This document shows, piece by piece, positions 12,201 through 24,142 of a DNA stretch of 64,000 nt. This stretch comes from Dimorphilus gyrociliatus (Eukaryota > Animalia > Annelida). The position numbers and the translations under genes are program-made. The notes beneath the pieces are model-generated. The model was not told where the DNA came from. It ran no database searches and saw only the letters and a list, made by a program, of their open reading frames with translations. The stretch's first letter is position 1. Every line of letters starts with the position of its first letter. Location of the stretch: NCBI GenBank assembly GCA_904063045.1, contig CAJFCJ010000008.1, positions 1,240,001 through 1,304,000 of the forward strand. Reading direction: 5' to 3'.

Positions 12201-15200
12201 TATATCCATAAATGATAACAATCTTTATTAATAGAAATAGATTTTCGATGGAAGATATTTACTCGATAGATGGCGTTTTTCTTGGGTTGTTTTCAGTATT
12301 GTTTTCGTTAAAAGTATGATAAATATTTTTTTAATTGTCAATATTTTAAAGAAAGGAAAAAGTAAAGACGACGGAGAATTCTTTCTTTCGCGTTTTTTAA
12401 ATTAATTTTCTAGCTTTAATTGACAAACATCAAGCATATTATGCTTCGGTCGACCATTTTCTCTTTTAAGTAGTATTCTCATTAGGCTTGTGCAACCACT
12501 AGTGGCTAATCACCTTCAAAGCTTTAAAATCTTAGACAGTTGTCGGAATCGACCACTGCAGTGGCCATACTAGACAATAAAAGCCTTTGAATAGCCACTG
12601 TTGGAAAAAAATCCTGTCAGTATATAAAACGAATAAATGTACGACCCTGTCCGTATCGGCCATTTATCGATCAACCATCAAAGGAGTCTCGTTCCTTTTA
12701 CTGTCTTCTTCTAGCCTCGCTTTTTGATTATAAAATTTCTCTCTCATTGCCATTGAAATCCTACATAAACAATATATAAGTATCATATAGTTAATTAGGA
12801 TAAATATGAAATAGAGCTATTTCATGTAAATGCATCTTAATTATACGAATAATATATGCCGGATTATTTAAATATATTGAATAAAGGCTTTATATATATG
12901 CACATATTAGACATGAAGTATACCTAACTATATATATATACTACTTATCATCTTTGTATGTTGAAATGCCGTACGGTATATTTATATACTAACATTATAG
13001 AATATACTACAATTTATTTATATCTTTGAATATAACTCCCAGTGTGCCATTTCTCCTATTGAAATATACGGGGTGCATGTTTCTGTAACATTACAATACA
13101 ATTTCTGTTCTTTTTCAAAGCAATATTTCTATCCTGAATGAATTAAGAGGAAAGCTTCCCTTAAAACGCTCGTAGACTATTAATAAATTTTCTTGTTCTC
13201 TATTCATTTTTCTCCAGACTTTCTCTTCCCTGATATAACACATTTTTACGATTATTTGATGTCAGATGGCGCTCCTAAAACTAAAAACTTTTAAGGGCAA
13301 GTTTTGAGGTATATCAATTGTTTACAAACCTTATCGACGTTTTCATTAAGTCTATAAACAAATTCGACATTGAACGATAAAATGTTATTAGCGTTTGAGC
13401 GATATTTTGTCCTTTTTTTTTCTTATCACTATTCTTGTCTTTTCTTTGGCGAGATTTCGGATAGATTTTACCTTCCCAAACGAAAATATAAACAGGTTGA
13501 GCGAAAAGTTAGTTTGTTCTTCCTTTTTATCAATTTTCCTCCAAATTTTCTTTTAGCTACTCTATTAGTGTTTTTCAATCTTCAACGAATTTCTCGAATT
13601 ACGATTTCACCACGCATCGACGGTGAAGGGTTGTGCAAACACTCGCTGCGGGTTTTTTACTTGTTTTAGTAATGCAGTCAGCCGAGTACGAATTGGAACG
13701 ATGTTTTGTGGAAACTGCAAAAAAAAAATACAAAAGGTGTTTAACATATGTGTAAAAGTTCCATTATTCGAAAAGTTTATCCATGTATAGCATATGAATA
13801 ATTTGAAGAAAGTTCCATTCGTGCTGCAAAATCTATTTTAGAAATATTAGACAAACCAGTCGTGAGATATTTGCATTTTTTCTAAATCCTATTGTCTCTA
13901 GGTTGTACATTACATACGATACAGAATTTCGTTAATGTTTGTAATAAAATAGTTTGCCCTATTACCTTTTCATATTCCATGCATCAATATCTAAATATAA
14001 CCTTTTTGAATTGCTGCAAATTACCTATGCATATTCTTTTTCATTTTCTTCCTTTTGAATCGTATACTCATTTCAAATAGGCCTTGTTCCTTTCTTATTC
14101 TAAATAGGTTTAAGAGAAATCCTAGAATTCTCACCAACAATAATTGATTTTATTATTACATTGAATGTTTATAGAATGTGACATGTTTTTCAAAATATTG
14201 TGAAATTTGAACGCTCTTTGAATGTTTATACAAGATGCTCTCATAATTAACAACATCCATAACAGCAGAGTAATTAAGTGGTTTTCAAACTTTTCTATTA
14301 TTTATAGTCTATTGAATGATTTTATTTTTTTTAACTTAGTTACATTTCGGATGTAGCAATGGTGTTTTCTCCATTTAAATAGCTACTTTCTGTTAACACC
14401 TGCATCAAATATTTTTATTTAGTTTTTAGACACCTTAAGATGTTTTATTATGCAATTATATGATTATTATTTGGAAAGTTAAACCTTTCAAAGGAGCTTT
14501 TTAGCACATATAAGCATGGAATACTTAACGTTTACTAACCCGTTAATTGTTTTTTATCACTGTCGAAATTCTAACGATTCCAAACCGTTATAATTGGCTA
14601 CTACCAGCTTAGATATCGTAGATAAGTCGCTCAGCCCGTTTTATCACCGAGAAACGATTTGTAGGCCTAAAAATGATTGATTCCAACCCACTGCTAATTC
14701 GTCTCAAAATTATATCAAACATATGTGTAATAGAGAAAGTTTTTTTCGTTTGACTTAGTAAAAACTTTATTCAGTTAGTTACTAGAATCGATTTCAATTA
14801 AGTAAAGATAGAGTAATCTCTTAAAAATATAAAATGAATATATTATTCAGGTGTTTCTGTATGAAAAGGAGTGTGATACCCTAATAAATCTCTAGCATTA
14901 AACAATAAAATTAATTTAGCAATGAATACTTTTGCCTCTACTACAGACTTTTCCTTTTAGTTACCTTCTCTCTCTATTTTTCTCTATAGTAATAATTAAT
15001 CCTACAGTCATTTGTTATAAAAAATATAAAGGTTACTTTAGCCCTAGTTATAATTATACTATAGCGTTTAAGCAACTCTCCCCAGTAAACAGAAATGACA
15101 CGTGTTAAAAATTAAACTAACCCGTTTTCTTATTTCGACCCTTGTACTGATAACAATATAGTAGTATATTTACGCTGCAGCTCACAGGTATATATAACAA

Positions 15201-16273
15201 AAGGCATACTAAATAAATACTACAATTCGTGTAGACCTTACATAGCGATTATTTATAGAATAAGAGAAAATGAATAAGTGAAGTTAAAAGGTTATTTGGT
15301 GATATTTATTAGCCGTAATTAAAAGAGAATAAACCAGAATTGAAAAATTAGTTCAATCAATGAAATAGATAAGTAAAATTAACCCGAACAGGTAATATAA
15401 ATAAATAAATATACTTTAAATGTCTGTACGGTGCATTGTTCTCGCACTAATATATATGTTATAAATATATTTTATATATTTATATATATACTAAATATAA
15501 TCATAAAAAACTATAGATTTTATATTAAATGATGTCACGTGATGAGCTAGATGTATTATTTTGAATAAGTTAAAAAATCACATGTTGATGTTTTCATATT
15601 TACTAAAAACTTACTTAAGAAAATTAATTTAACGTTCCAACAGATTTTTTTTAGTTAAAATGATTTAATTTAGGAAAAGAAGTGTAGTAAATATTTTATT
15701 GGCTATACGCCGTAGTCAGACCGCAAAAGTTGTACAGTAATAACTCGGCTTGCAATGAGAAAACAATAATGCTCGATCTTTTTCACTTCTCATGGATTTT
15801 TTTAGCCGTCGTATATTTTCCATCGGTTTTATTTGGCTCGTCGTCAATTTTGGTTTGTATCGTGCTGGACGTTTTTGTTTTTTTTTCACACGGCGTCAAG
15901 CTGTTATGAAATATGCAAAAGAAAATTATGACCATAGGCTCCATTAGTCGTTTCAATAACACTCTTCGTGTAAGGAAATATGTTGAAGTATACATATAAA
16001 TGTAAATAAAATAATTCTTATTGACAAATAGTGCTAGCTTTTTAAAACAAATTTTTCTGATTGGATTTAGGCTTTTCTTCCTCTCTTAGTAGAAATTTTG
16101 AATTATTGTTTCTTAACTCAATATGTAGTTAGCTCTATTATAAAGGTAAACTTTATAAAGTATAGAATAATAAACAGGTAAAGTGAAAGGTATATGTTTG
16201 ATATTTGATATAATTCATTGAAAACATAATAAGGAAAAGTCTTATAAACATTGTAAAAGTATTAATTTCAATT

Positions 16274-16333
<60 letters not shown>

Positions 16334-19300
16334 ACTCTACCTATCTCTCTATCTATCTTACTCTCCTTTCTTCTTCCTTTACTGTTATTTCTTTTTATCT
16401 AAATATCAACATTTTTTTCTACTCCCTTACTCTTTTTGAACTTTCTAGAGTAAGTTAGACTATAAACTTGTACCGACGATTGATTTTATTGATAGTTTGC
16501 TCTTAATTACAACTTCTGCGAAAGAATATAAGAGAGTTTAACTAAACCCTTTATTAAGAAAGTTATAAGATTTTAATTATTTTTATTGGAGTTGTAGGAA
16601 AGGAAAAATTACCTACTTTTTCTCCGGCGCTCTCTTTAAATATCTACCAACATTACTATCCCCTGAAACCACATTTTTTTTGTTTTAAGTGTGCTCCTCC
16701 CCAATTCCATTATAAACTCTTTCGGTTTAAATCGACGTATTCGTTGGGCATACATTTTATATTTAATTAGAACGCCGCAAAATAGGCCTATTTACAGAAT
16801 AAATATAACCGCTTCCTGAATAATGTATTCTTTTTTAAAAAACATGAATATTTTCAATGATTAGGACGTAATTATCTTTAGAAAAGACATTGATATGGGT
16901 ATGAAAGTTTAAATTATATACTTAAGAGTCTTAAGTAAAATGGGTAGTGTTTTTATTATATATTTATAAAATAAAGTCTACATAAACTTTTTAATAAATA
17001 TATGTACCTTTAGACGTATATATATATATATACTGTATATATGTATATATATATTAATATATATATATATATATATATACATATATAAAAGATGCATTAA
17101 TGAGCATATAAATACATATTTTGCACACTATTAAGCCCTTATTCTTTATTCATATATACTTTACATACTACACTATAATATATATTAGTATATATATATA
17201 TAGACAGAAAGAGAGATAGAAGAGTAGTTAGAGATATTCTCCTGGAAAACGAATAAAATAAATAGTGTATTTCTTTACTCAACCAAGTCTTATTGCATTA
17301 AAAATCAGCCTACTACTATAACTAAATAAAGGATAAGGGGAACAAGGTTGCTCAATAAGATAATAGCAGTTATTATTCTATAATTACAGTGTGCTTGCGT
17401 TAGGATTGTAGGATAAAACTGTACAGTTCTATAATTCCTTAAGTTAAAAAGGCCATAGGCAAATGTTAATATATAGTATATTTTATGAAAAGGTTTTTTA
17501 TTTAACTTACTTTTTCTTATATTTGATTAAAAATCAAATTATACAATTGTATTCAAAGAAAGATGAGAGAATATTCTCTTAATTAAACATTTAAACTATT
17601 TTAATTACAGACGGAGTGACCCTTTCGGACGAGAAGAAATTAATTAAAGATTTATTAAAAAAGTACTCGGAAGCCGGTAAAGTGGGTCGACCCGTCCAAA
17701 ACACAAGTCATACAATATCGGTGACATATGGATTAGCGTTAATTCAGTTATTGGATTTGGACGAGAAGAATCAGATCTTAACGACAAATTGCTGGTCTAG
17801 ATACGTAAGTTATGTCATTAATCAGTCGGCAGTTCTATCAACGCTTTTCGGCACGTGTAAGATTTTTCAACGATAAAAACAGAATTTCTCAAAGATAGAG
17901 TGTTACCATTAGTTAAAGGAAATACGCATAAATCTTTAAATTTACTGGTTATATAACCCAATTCCATGACCCTTTAACCTACATATCAGGGGATTGACCT
18001 AAAGTGGAAAAAACATTAAAATAAAGAATTGATAATGAATCAAAGTTCTTCCTACATTATCTAAAAATAGTGATAGTGCACAATGCAGTTATATCGAATG
18101 TATTTTTTCCCTCTGCTATTCATTTTCTCCTTTTGAAAATGTTTGCAAGCCTTTAGAGTATTCACTCTATTTATTCAAGCAAAGATAGCAAATGGTGCAT
18201 TCTATATGATTCTGCAACATGATACATTAACTGCATTAGCACTCGTTGAAAATGCATACATTTTTCAAACTTTTCTATCCGCATTAATTAACCCTAGTCA
18301 GGTTTAAATCATTATATCTATGAGAAACAGTAAAAAATACTAATGAAGGCCAGTATAAGACGATGAACAAATTTGATAAAACTCGTAACGTTTGCAAACC
18401 ATAGATGATAATTGATCAAGATGTAAATATTTTCAAATTAAGAAAAGCGAAAAGAAAATATAATTACATTAATTTAACGAAGGAAACTGATTATTTTTTA
18501 TGTTTTACAACATACAGTTAAGGAATCGGATTTGTTCTTTATAGTGTTTTAATCAAATTCTTAAATTTATGCAAAAAACAGTTATAAGAAAATAAAAAGG
18601 GATATAATTGGGTGAAAAGTCTACGTACATCAAATTTTATTTCAAATAAACTTATTTCAAGCCAACTCCTACTGGTTTCATCTCAATAAACATCTGCCTT
18701 GGGCATCACTAATCATACACCCACACTTTCCTACTAATTCTCAATTACCGTAACAATTAAGTGAGAAATACTCGTCGGAGTAGTGATCAATTTCTTTTTC
18801 CTCACTCTTTTAATTATTTATTAAAAGAAGCTAAGTCGAAAATTCTGCTCGTCTTTTTCATTTGTAAGAGATGAGAATTTTTTTTGCCAAGTCAATTCCC
18901 TTATCAGACGATTAAAGTGATTGATAACTGGTTTTAAGATCAGTAGTCATCTACTCTTAAATTATGGAAAGCGATTAATTGAAAACTTTCCTATTATAGA
19001 CATGGTACGACATATTTCTTAAATGGGATCCAAAGGAGTATAACGGCGTTGAAACAGTACGAATTCCTTCATCTGATATATGGACACCTGATATAGTCTT
19101 ATACAACTAGTAAGTTCATATGCTTTAATATTCAATTTAATAGTTGATTACAAAGTAATTAATTTTCACAAGTAAGTAAGAGAAAACTGAGACCATTTTC
19201 TAACAATTTTTTTATGTCATCCTAGCGCTGATACCCGTCTGCGAGAACACCGTGACGCCTTTGTTGTCGTTTCTAGCACAGGTGGAATCCTTTGGATACC

Positions 19301-21141
19301 GCCCGCTATTTATAAATCGTCCTGTGTAATAGACATAACCTACTTCCCATTCGATAGACAAACTTGTTGGATGAAATTCGGAAGTTGGACATATGACGGT
19401 TGGAAATTAAATATATCGTTCTATAGTGATTTGGATGAAATCGATTTGAACGATTATATACCGTCCAATGAATGGGATGTTTTGAGCCACCGTGCCAAAA
19501 GAAATGTTCGTTATTATCCGTGTTGTAAAGAACCGTATCCGGATTTAACGTTCATTATGGAACTTCAAAGAAAAGTGGCGTTTTATAATTACATTCTAAT
19601 TTTACCCTGCGTACTGTTATCAACACTTACTCTCGTCCTATTTTGGTTACCGCCAGAATCCCCTGCTAAAATGGTGCTGGGTAAGTTTTGTTATATGAGT
19701 AGCCGAAGTAAGGCTTTGATAAGAAATAATATACAAACCATTCGGCTCTAATCTGTCATCAAAACTAATTGATTGTTTGTTTTCTAATTAATATGGCGAG
19801 AATTTTTTTTAAAGGTATGAACATATTCGTTGCATTCTTCGTCCTGCTTTTACTGTTAGCAGAATCTACTCCTCCAGCTGCTTCTTCCATTCCACTTATA
19901 GGTATGATAATTTTGTTGTATCTACAAACGCAAAAAAGCATAGGCAAACAGTGAACACGCAAGGGAAACTTTCATTCTAACGGAGTAACTTGGGGGGATT
20001 TTTGTTGCCAAATAGTTTCACAACTAATCTATTTGCAATAGAAATCTCTTAAAGTTTTTCGTTGCAGTCAGCCTGCAGGGGGATTTTTAGGGCCTTACTA
20101 ATCGTTTATACATAGTAATGTTATTAGTAGAAAGTATTTTAATTGTTTAAAACAAAAATGAAGTTGATAGGTAGATAACTACCATAAAATAATTAAATTA
20201 AAAATCTTTTAGAGTATTTCGATAAATATTCAATGCTAAGTACAAGAGACTCTCTGTGTAACATACATGATTTATGCAAAGTCTATTTACAAGACAACAT
20301 GATGTATGCACTAAATTATATAATGCATATGCAAACGAAATAAAGTAGTTTAGTATTATTTGATGTATAACCATACAAAGAACTCTAACATTAAAGTTCT
20401 TTTTCATATATGCATATTCATATTTCAATCTGCATTCTCATTACTTAAAGTATATATTTATAGTTGATCTTTTTTTCGACAGGTGCATACTACTGCCTCA
20501 ACATGATAATGATAACACTATCAACTTTCCTCTCTGTTATCGTTATAAATCTATACTTCCGAGGTGATAAACGAAACCGCGTACCGCAATGGTTAAAAAG
20601 GGTTAGAAAAAATAAATAAAGAGAACCTGAAATCATATGAACAATAAACATTCTTTTGCAGTTAATGATCGACATATTAGCGCGAATCATGTGTATGCGT
20701 GGTGAATTAGTATCGGAAGATGCACCGAAGAACCAGTCTAAGACTCCAGAAACGGTTCATACTGTTAAAATTGATAAAAAAACTAAACGAAAAGTTAAGT
20801 GTCCTGAAATGAAATATAACAAATTTCAAATGTATGAACTGAAAGAAGGATGCCCAAGTGGACTGTTGTCGAATCATAATTCAACATCAGCTCCATCTAG
20901 AGGACATTATCAAGAGCAAGATAGATCTTGTTTTCAAGGACAATCTGGTGTGGAGGCTGATGTTAAGGAAATTCGAAAGTATTTAAAACAGATGCTATAT
21001 CGAATACAGCAAAAAGAGGAAAAAGGCAAAATTGCATTGGAATGGAGGATTGTCGCCATGGTACTCGATCGGTTCTTCTTTTTTATGTACTTGATCGCTA
21101 TCGTTATTTCGTTGGTGACCATTTTCCCGAAGACTGCTTAA
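6220..21141 (+). CDS. Nicotinic acetylcholine receptor alpha subunit, anion-selective clade (paralog A), 7 coding exons, ~499 aa
   Basis: Exons: 6220-6274 (signal peptide [18 protein letters not shown]; alternative candidate 15792-15852), 17611-17804, 19000-19109, 19226-19680, 19815-19901, 20483-20601, 20662-21141. All junctions are GT-AG and phase-consistent, totalling 1500 nt. Motifs: loop [11 protein letters not shown], Cys-loop [15 protein letters not shown], loop B SWTYDG, loop [10 protein letters not shown] (vicinal Cys = alpha type), M1-M2 linker LPPESPAK, M3 [24 protein letters not shown]4 [17 protein letters not shown]. Exons 2-7 are secure; the choice of first exon is less certain. 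Confidence 0.95.
15792..15852 (+). CDS. Candidate alternative first (signal-peptide) exon of nAChR paralog A
   Basis: ATG at 15792 reads [20 protein letters not shown], then G|GTTTGT, a phase-1 donor that joins in frame to exon 17611 (…[13 protein letters not shown]). GTTTGT donors are used elsewhere in this window (nAChR B at 25194, chitinase at 41608). Confidence 0.55.
16274..16328. repeat. (CT)n microsatellite
   Basis: A near-perfect TC run in intron 1 of nAChR A. Confidence 0.95.
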
Positions 21142-21645
21142 ATGTACGATTCTTTTATATTACACATTCAGGCTGATTCGAACTGTATTTTTCTTTAATA
21201 ATTATTAACACTATAGGCTTAATTATATTGAATATTTGTTATTCAGGTAAATTACACACACTTATACATATGTAAATGTAAAATAACTTTTTGTTGGATC
21301 TTTGGTTCTTTTCTTGCTTTATGTTTTAACTTAATTCAGTTTTTTTATATAAACCTGCAGTATCACTTGCATGTGATTTGACCAGTTTTTTTCTCAACAG
21401 TTTTAAAATAGGAGTTTCGGCAATAAAATTTTTTAAAGACATTCCAAATATTAGTAAGATAATATAACATAGGCATTTTAAAATAAAAATAAAATGAAAT
21501 ATTTTGCTAAACTTAAACCTCAATGAGAGAGTTCAAGTTCAAATCAATAGATATAAGACTATCAAAGCATTTATACTCTGGATTAAATGTTTATTTTATA
21601 TAAAAATAAAAAAAGTGAGATGGGTAGCAAAACGGAAATTTGAGA

Positions 21646-21650
<5 letters not shown>

Positions 21651-21686
<36 letters not shown>

Positions 21687-21830
21687 AGAAAGAAAAAGAG
21701 AAGGGGGTTGGAGGAAAGGAAGAAGAGAAAGGGAGAGAAAGAAAAAATAGATAGAAAAGCAGAAAAGCCTACAGACAGACGGAAAGAGAGGAAGAGAAGA
21801 GAAAGACAGAAATAAGAAACAAAAAAAGAA
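21651..21830. repeat. (GA)n repeat, G-run and long polypurine tract
   Basis: (GA)13 at 21651-21676, then G10, then ~150 nt of almost pure A/G downstream of the nAChR A stop codon. Confidence 0.9.
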
Positions 21831-23755
21831 ATATCTAGATGAAAAATGAGAGAAAGTTTTTGCACAGGGTTTCCAACCGTATTATTATATAATTTTCTTA
21901 GCGTTTATTCTATAATATTATTTAAAAGGAAAGAAATAAAATGAAAACATCAATTATTTATAGAAATAAGGTTTTAATTAATTTTGAAATAAATACTTGA
22001 AATAATTTTTTTGTTTATTATTGAGAAAATCTTTTACTCTCTGACAATTCGAGTGACTTTGTATGTGCGTAATTCGGTTAGAAAATGCTTCTGGTCGTTG
22101 GCAAGCGGGGGAAATAATCAAAGCCCGATCACCTGATAACCTTTGATCTTTTTCTTTTAACTGTTTTAAGTTGTAGTAAAGAAGACCTTTTTGCCTTTTA
22201 AATATATTAATAAACAGCATATTTTCTATTTATCTTAGGATAAAAAGAAATCGTGAGTATCCATTTAGAGAATATTATCGTCGCAAAAAGCTTAATATGC
22301 ATATAAGTAAATAAGGTTTCATATGATAAAAAATTATCATACCAGATGTCATATTTTGTAACTAAAAATTATAAAAAGAAATTTTGTAAAATTTATTAAT
22401 AATAAAAAATGGGAAGCTATCAAAAAGATCTCTTAGAATATTTCGTTTTTACTAATTTCTAACTAAGGTTATCAGAGTTTGCGGCGTAAAATAACAAACG
22501 TAGGTGACTGCCCGCTTTTTTCCCGTTAACGCTTGTTCCTTCCTCCCGGATAAAATAGTATCTTTTTATCCATTATTTCAGGTTTTAACTTTTGACCTTT
22601 CTATTTTTTATTATTATATCTACTATAAAACAACATTAAAATTTAATTAAAATAATATTGGCAAAGATAAATTAATTATAGAATATTTTGGTTAGATAGA
22701 TCAGGTGAGAGAATTACTTCAAGAAGAAAAAAAAAATAGACTGGAATTTCCTCATCAAGATAGATTCCAAAACTTATGTTATTTTCTTTTTCTTTCACTA
22801 AATCTTTCTATTTCTATTCTGTATTTAACAAAACATGTATATATATTACAATATATATTAGTATACAGTACACTGTATACTGTATATAAATTTATATATA
22901 ATTTATAAAGAATATAGAAGGGTAGAAGATCATTTTTTCTGCTTCCTCCGTTTCTCTCTCTCTCTCTCTTTCTCTATCTAACTTTTTCTTATTCTCTTGG
23001 TTCCACTTCTTTCACTCTTTTCTATTTTCTCCAAATATTTATTGTATGTAAAAGCTGTAGAAGGAGCATTAGAGGCAATCTAATCTGAATATTTGATACA
23101 CACAAACTGTAATGATATATAACAAGATATAAAACTCACGTGTTCATCTGGTAAAACACTTTTATTAATAAAAGATTAACTCTAATTTATCATATAAGTT
23201 AATTTATATTTAGATTAAAATATATTCTTTAAATGGCTTAAATAATTTATATGACATTTTTAATAGAAATTCGGAGAGGTCGAAAATGTCAGGAGAATAA
23301 GTAGAATAAAGAGAAACATGGTCATTTAATTATTCGATACTCGATCCTAATTTTTCACTGACTAATTGACAACAAAGTAGTTATTTTTTGTATTTATTTT
23401 TATTTTAAATGGATCTTTTGAATTATACAAAAGGGACGCTATCATCGTTTTTTTTTATATTCTTTTGCCTTTAATCTAACGTATTCTGAACCATACAATA
23501 TTAGATTTACTGGTGCGATTATTATCCATTCGGGATGATTTTCTTGAAAAATAGCAGATATGAGAAGCAATAAATTATGAAAGCCATACTATCTTCCTTC
23601 GACCGTATAATTCAAATCATCTTTCATTATTTTTTTATATAAATTAAGTAGAAATATTACTGATGATTTACATAAATATTACTTTTTCCCTTTCAAAATT
23701 ACTATGTTTTCTTAAATATATCCAGTATCGCAATCCTATAGAAACATTATAGTCT

Positions 23756-23769
23756 GGCGCCCTCTAGTT
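23756..23769 (-). promoter_or_regulatory. CTCF-like motif between the convergent nAChR genes
   Basis: The reverse complement reads AACTAGAGGGCGCC. Confidence 0.55.
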
Positions 23770-24142
23770 TTTCTAATTTAGAAAACTATACGACTCATAC
23801 TGATTTTTTTATTGTAGTTTATGCATTTAATAAGGAAAAGTCGGTGATAAAAGAACGTAAAAAATAGTAGTTATATTTTTTGAAAATAGACAAATCTTTA
23901 TTTTTCCAAAAACAGAAAGCTATCATTTATCGGACAATTGTATAATTCTTTTTTGGGAAATTGGAATTCCTTAACCTGAGCAATGAGCAGCTAGAATTCG
24001 CAAATGTTCATAAAATAATGAAACTCATTACGACAGAAATTCAAATAAAGCTCTGAAAAGATTTCCACTTTAAATACGCTCATTGAGCACCCTTACAGTA
24101 ATACATGAATATTCATATTCATTACACTGTATATAACATAAT

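Noticed and set aside
13370-13669. 99-aa hydrophobic ORF in nAChR A intron 1 with a phase-1 GTGAAG donor near 13623
   Set aside because: T-rich frames give Phe/Leu-rich ORFs by chance, and it would create an ~80-aa leader unlike any signal peptide.
19985-20015. GGGATTTTTGTTGCC (G-I-F-V-A) in nAChR A intron 5, resembling the start of M2
   Set aside because: It is followed immediately by a stop, with no acceptor or 87-nt structure, so it is not a second M2 exon in paralog A.
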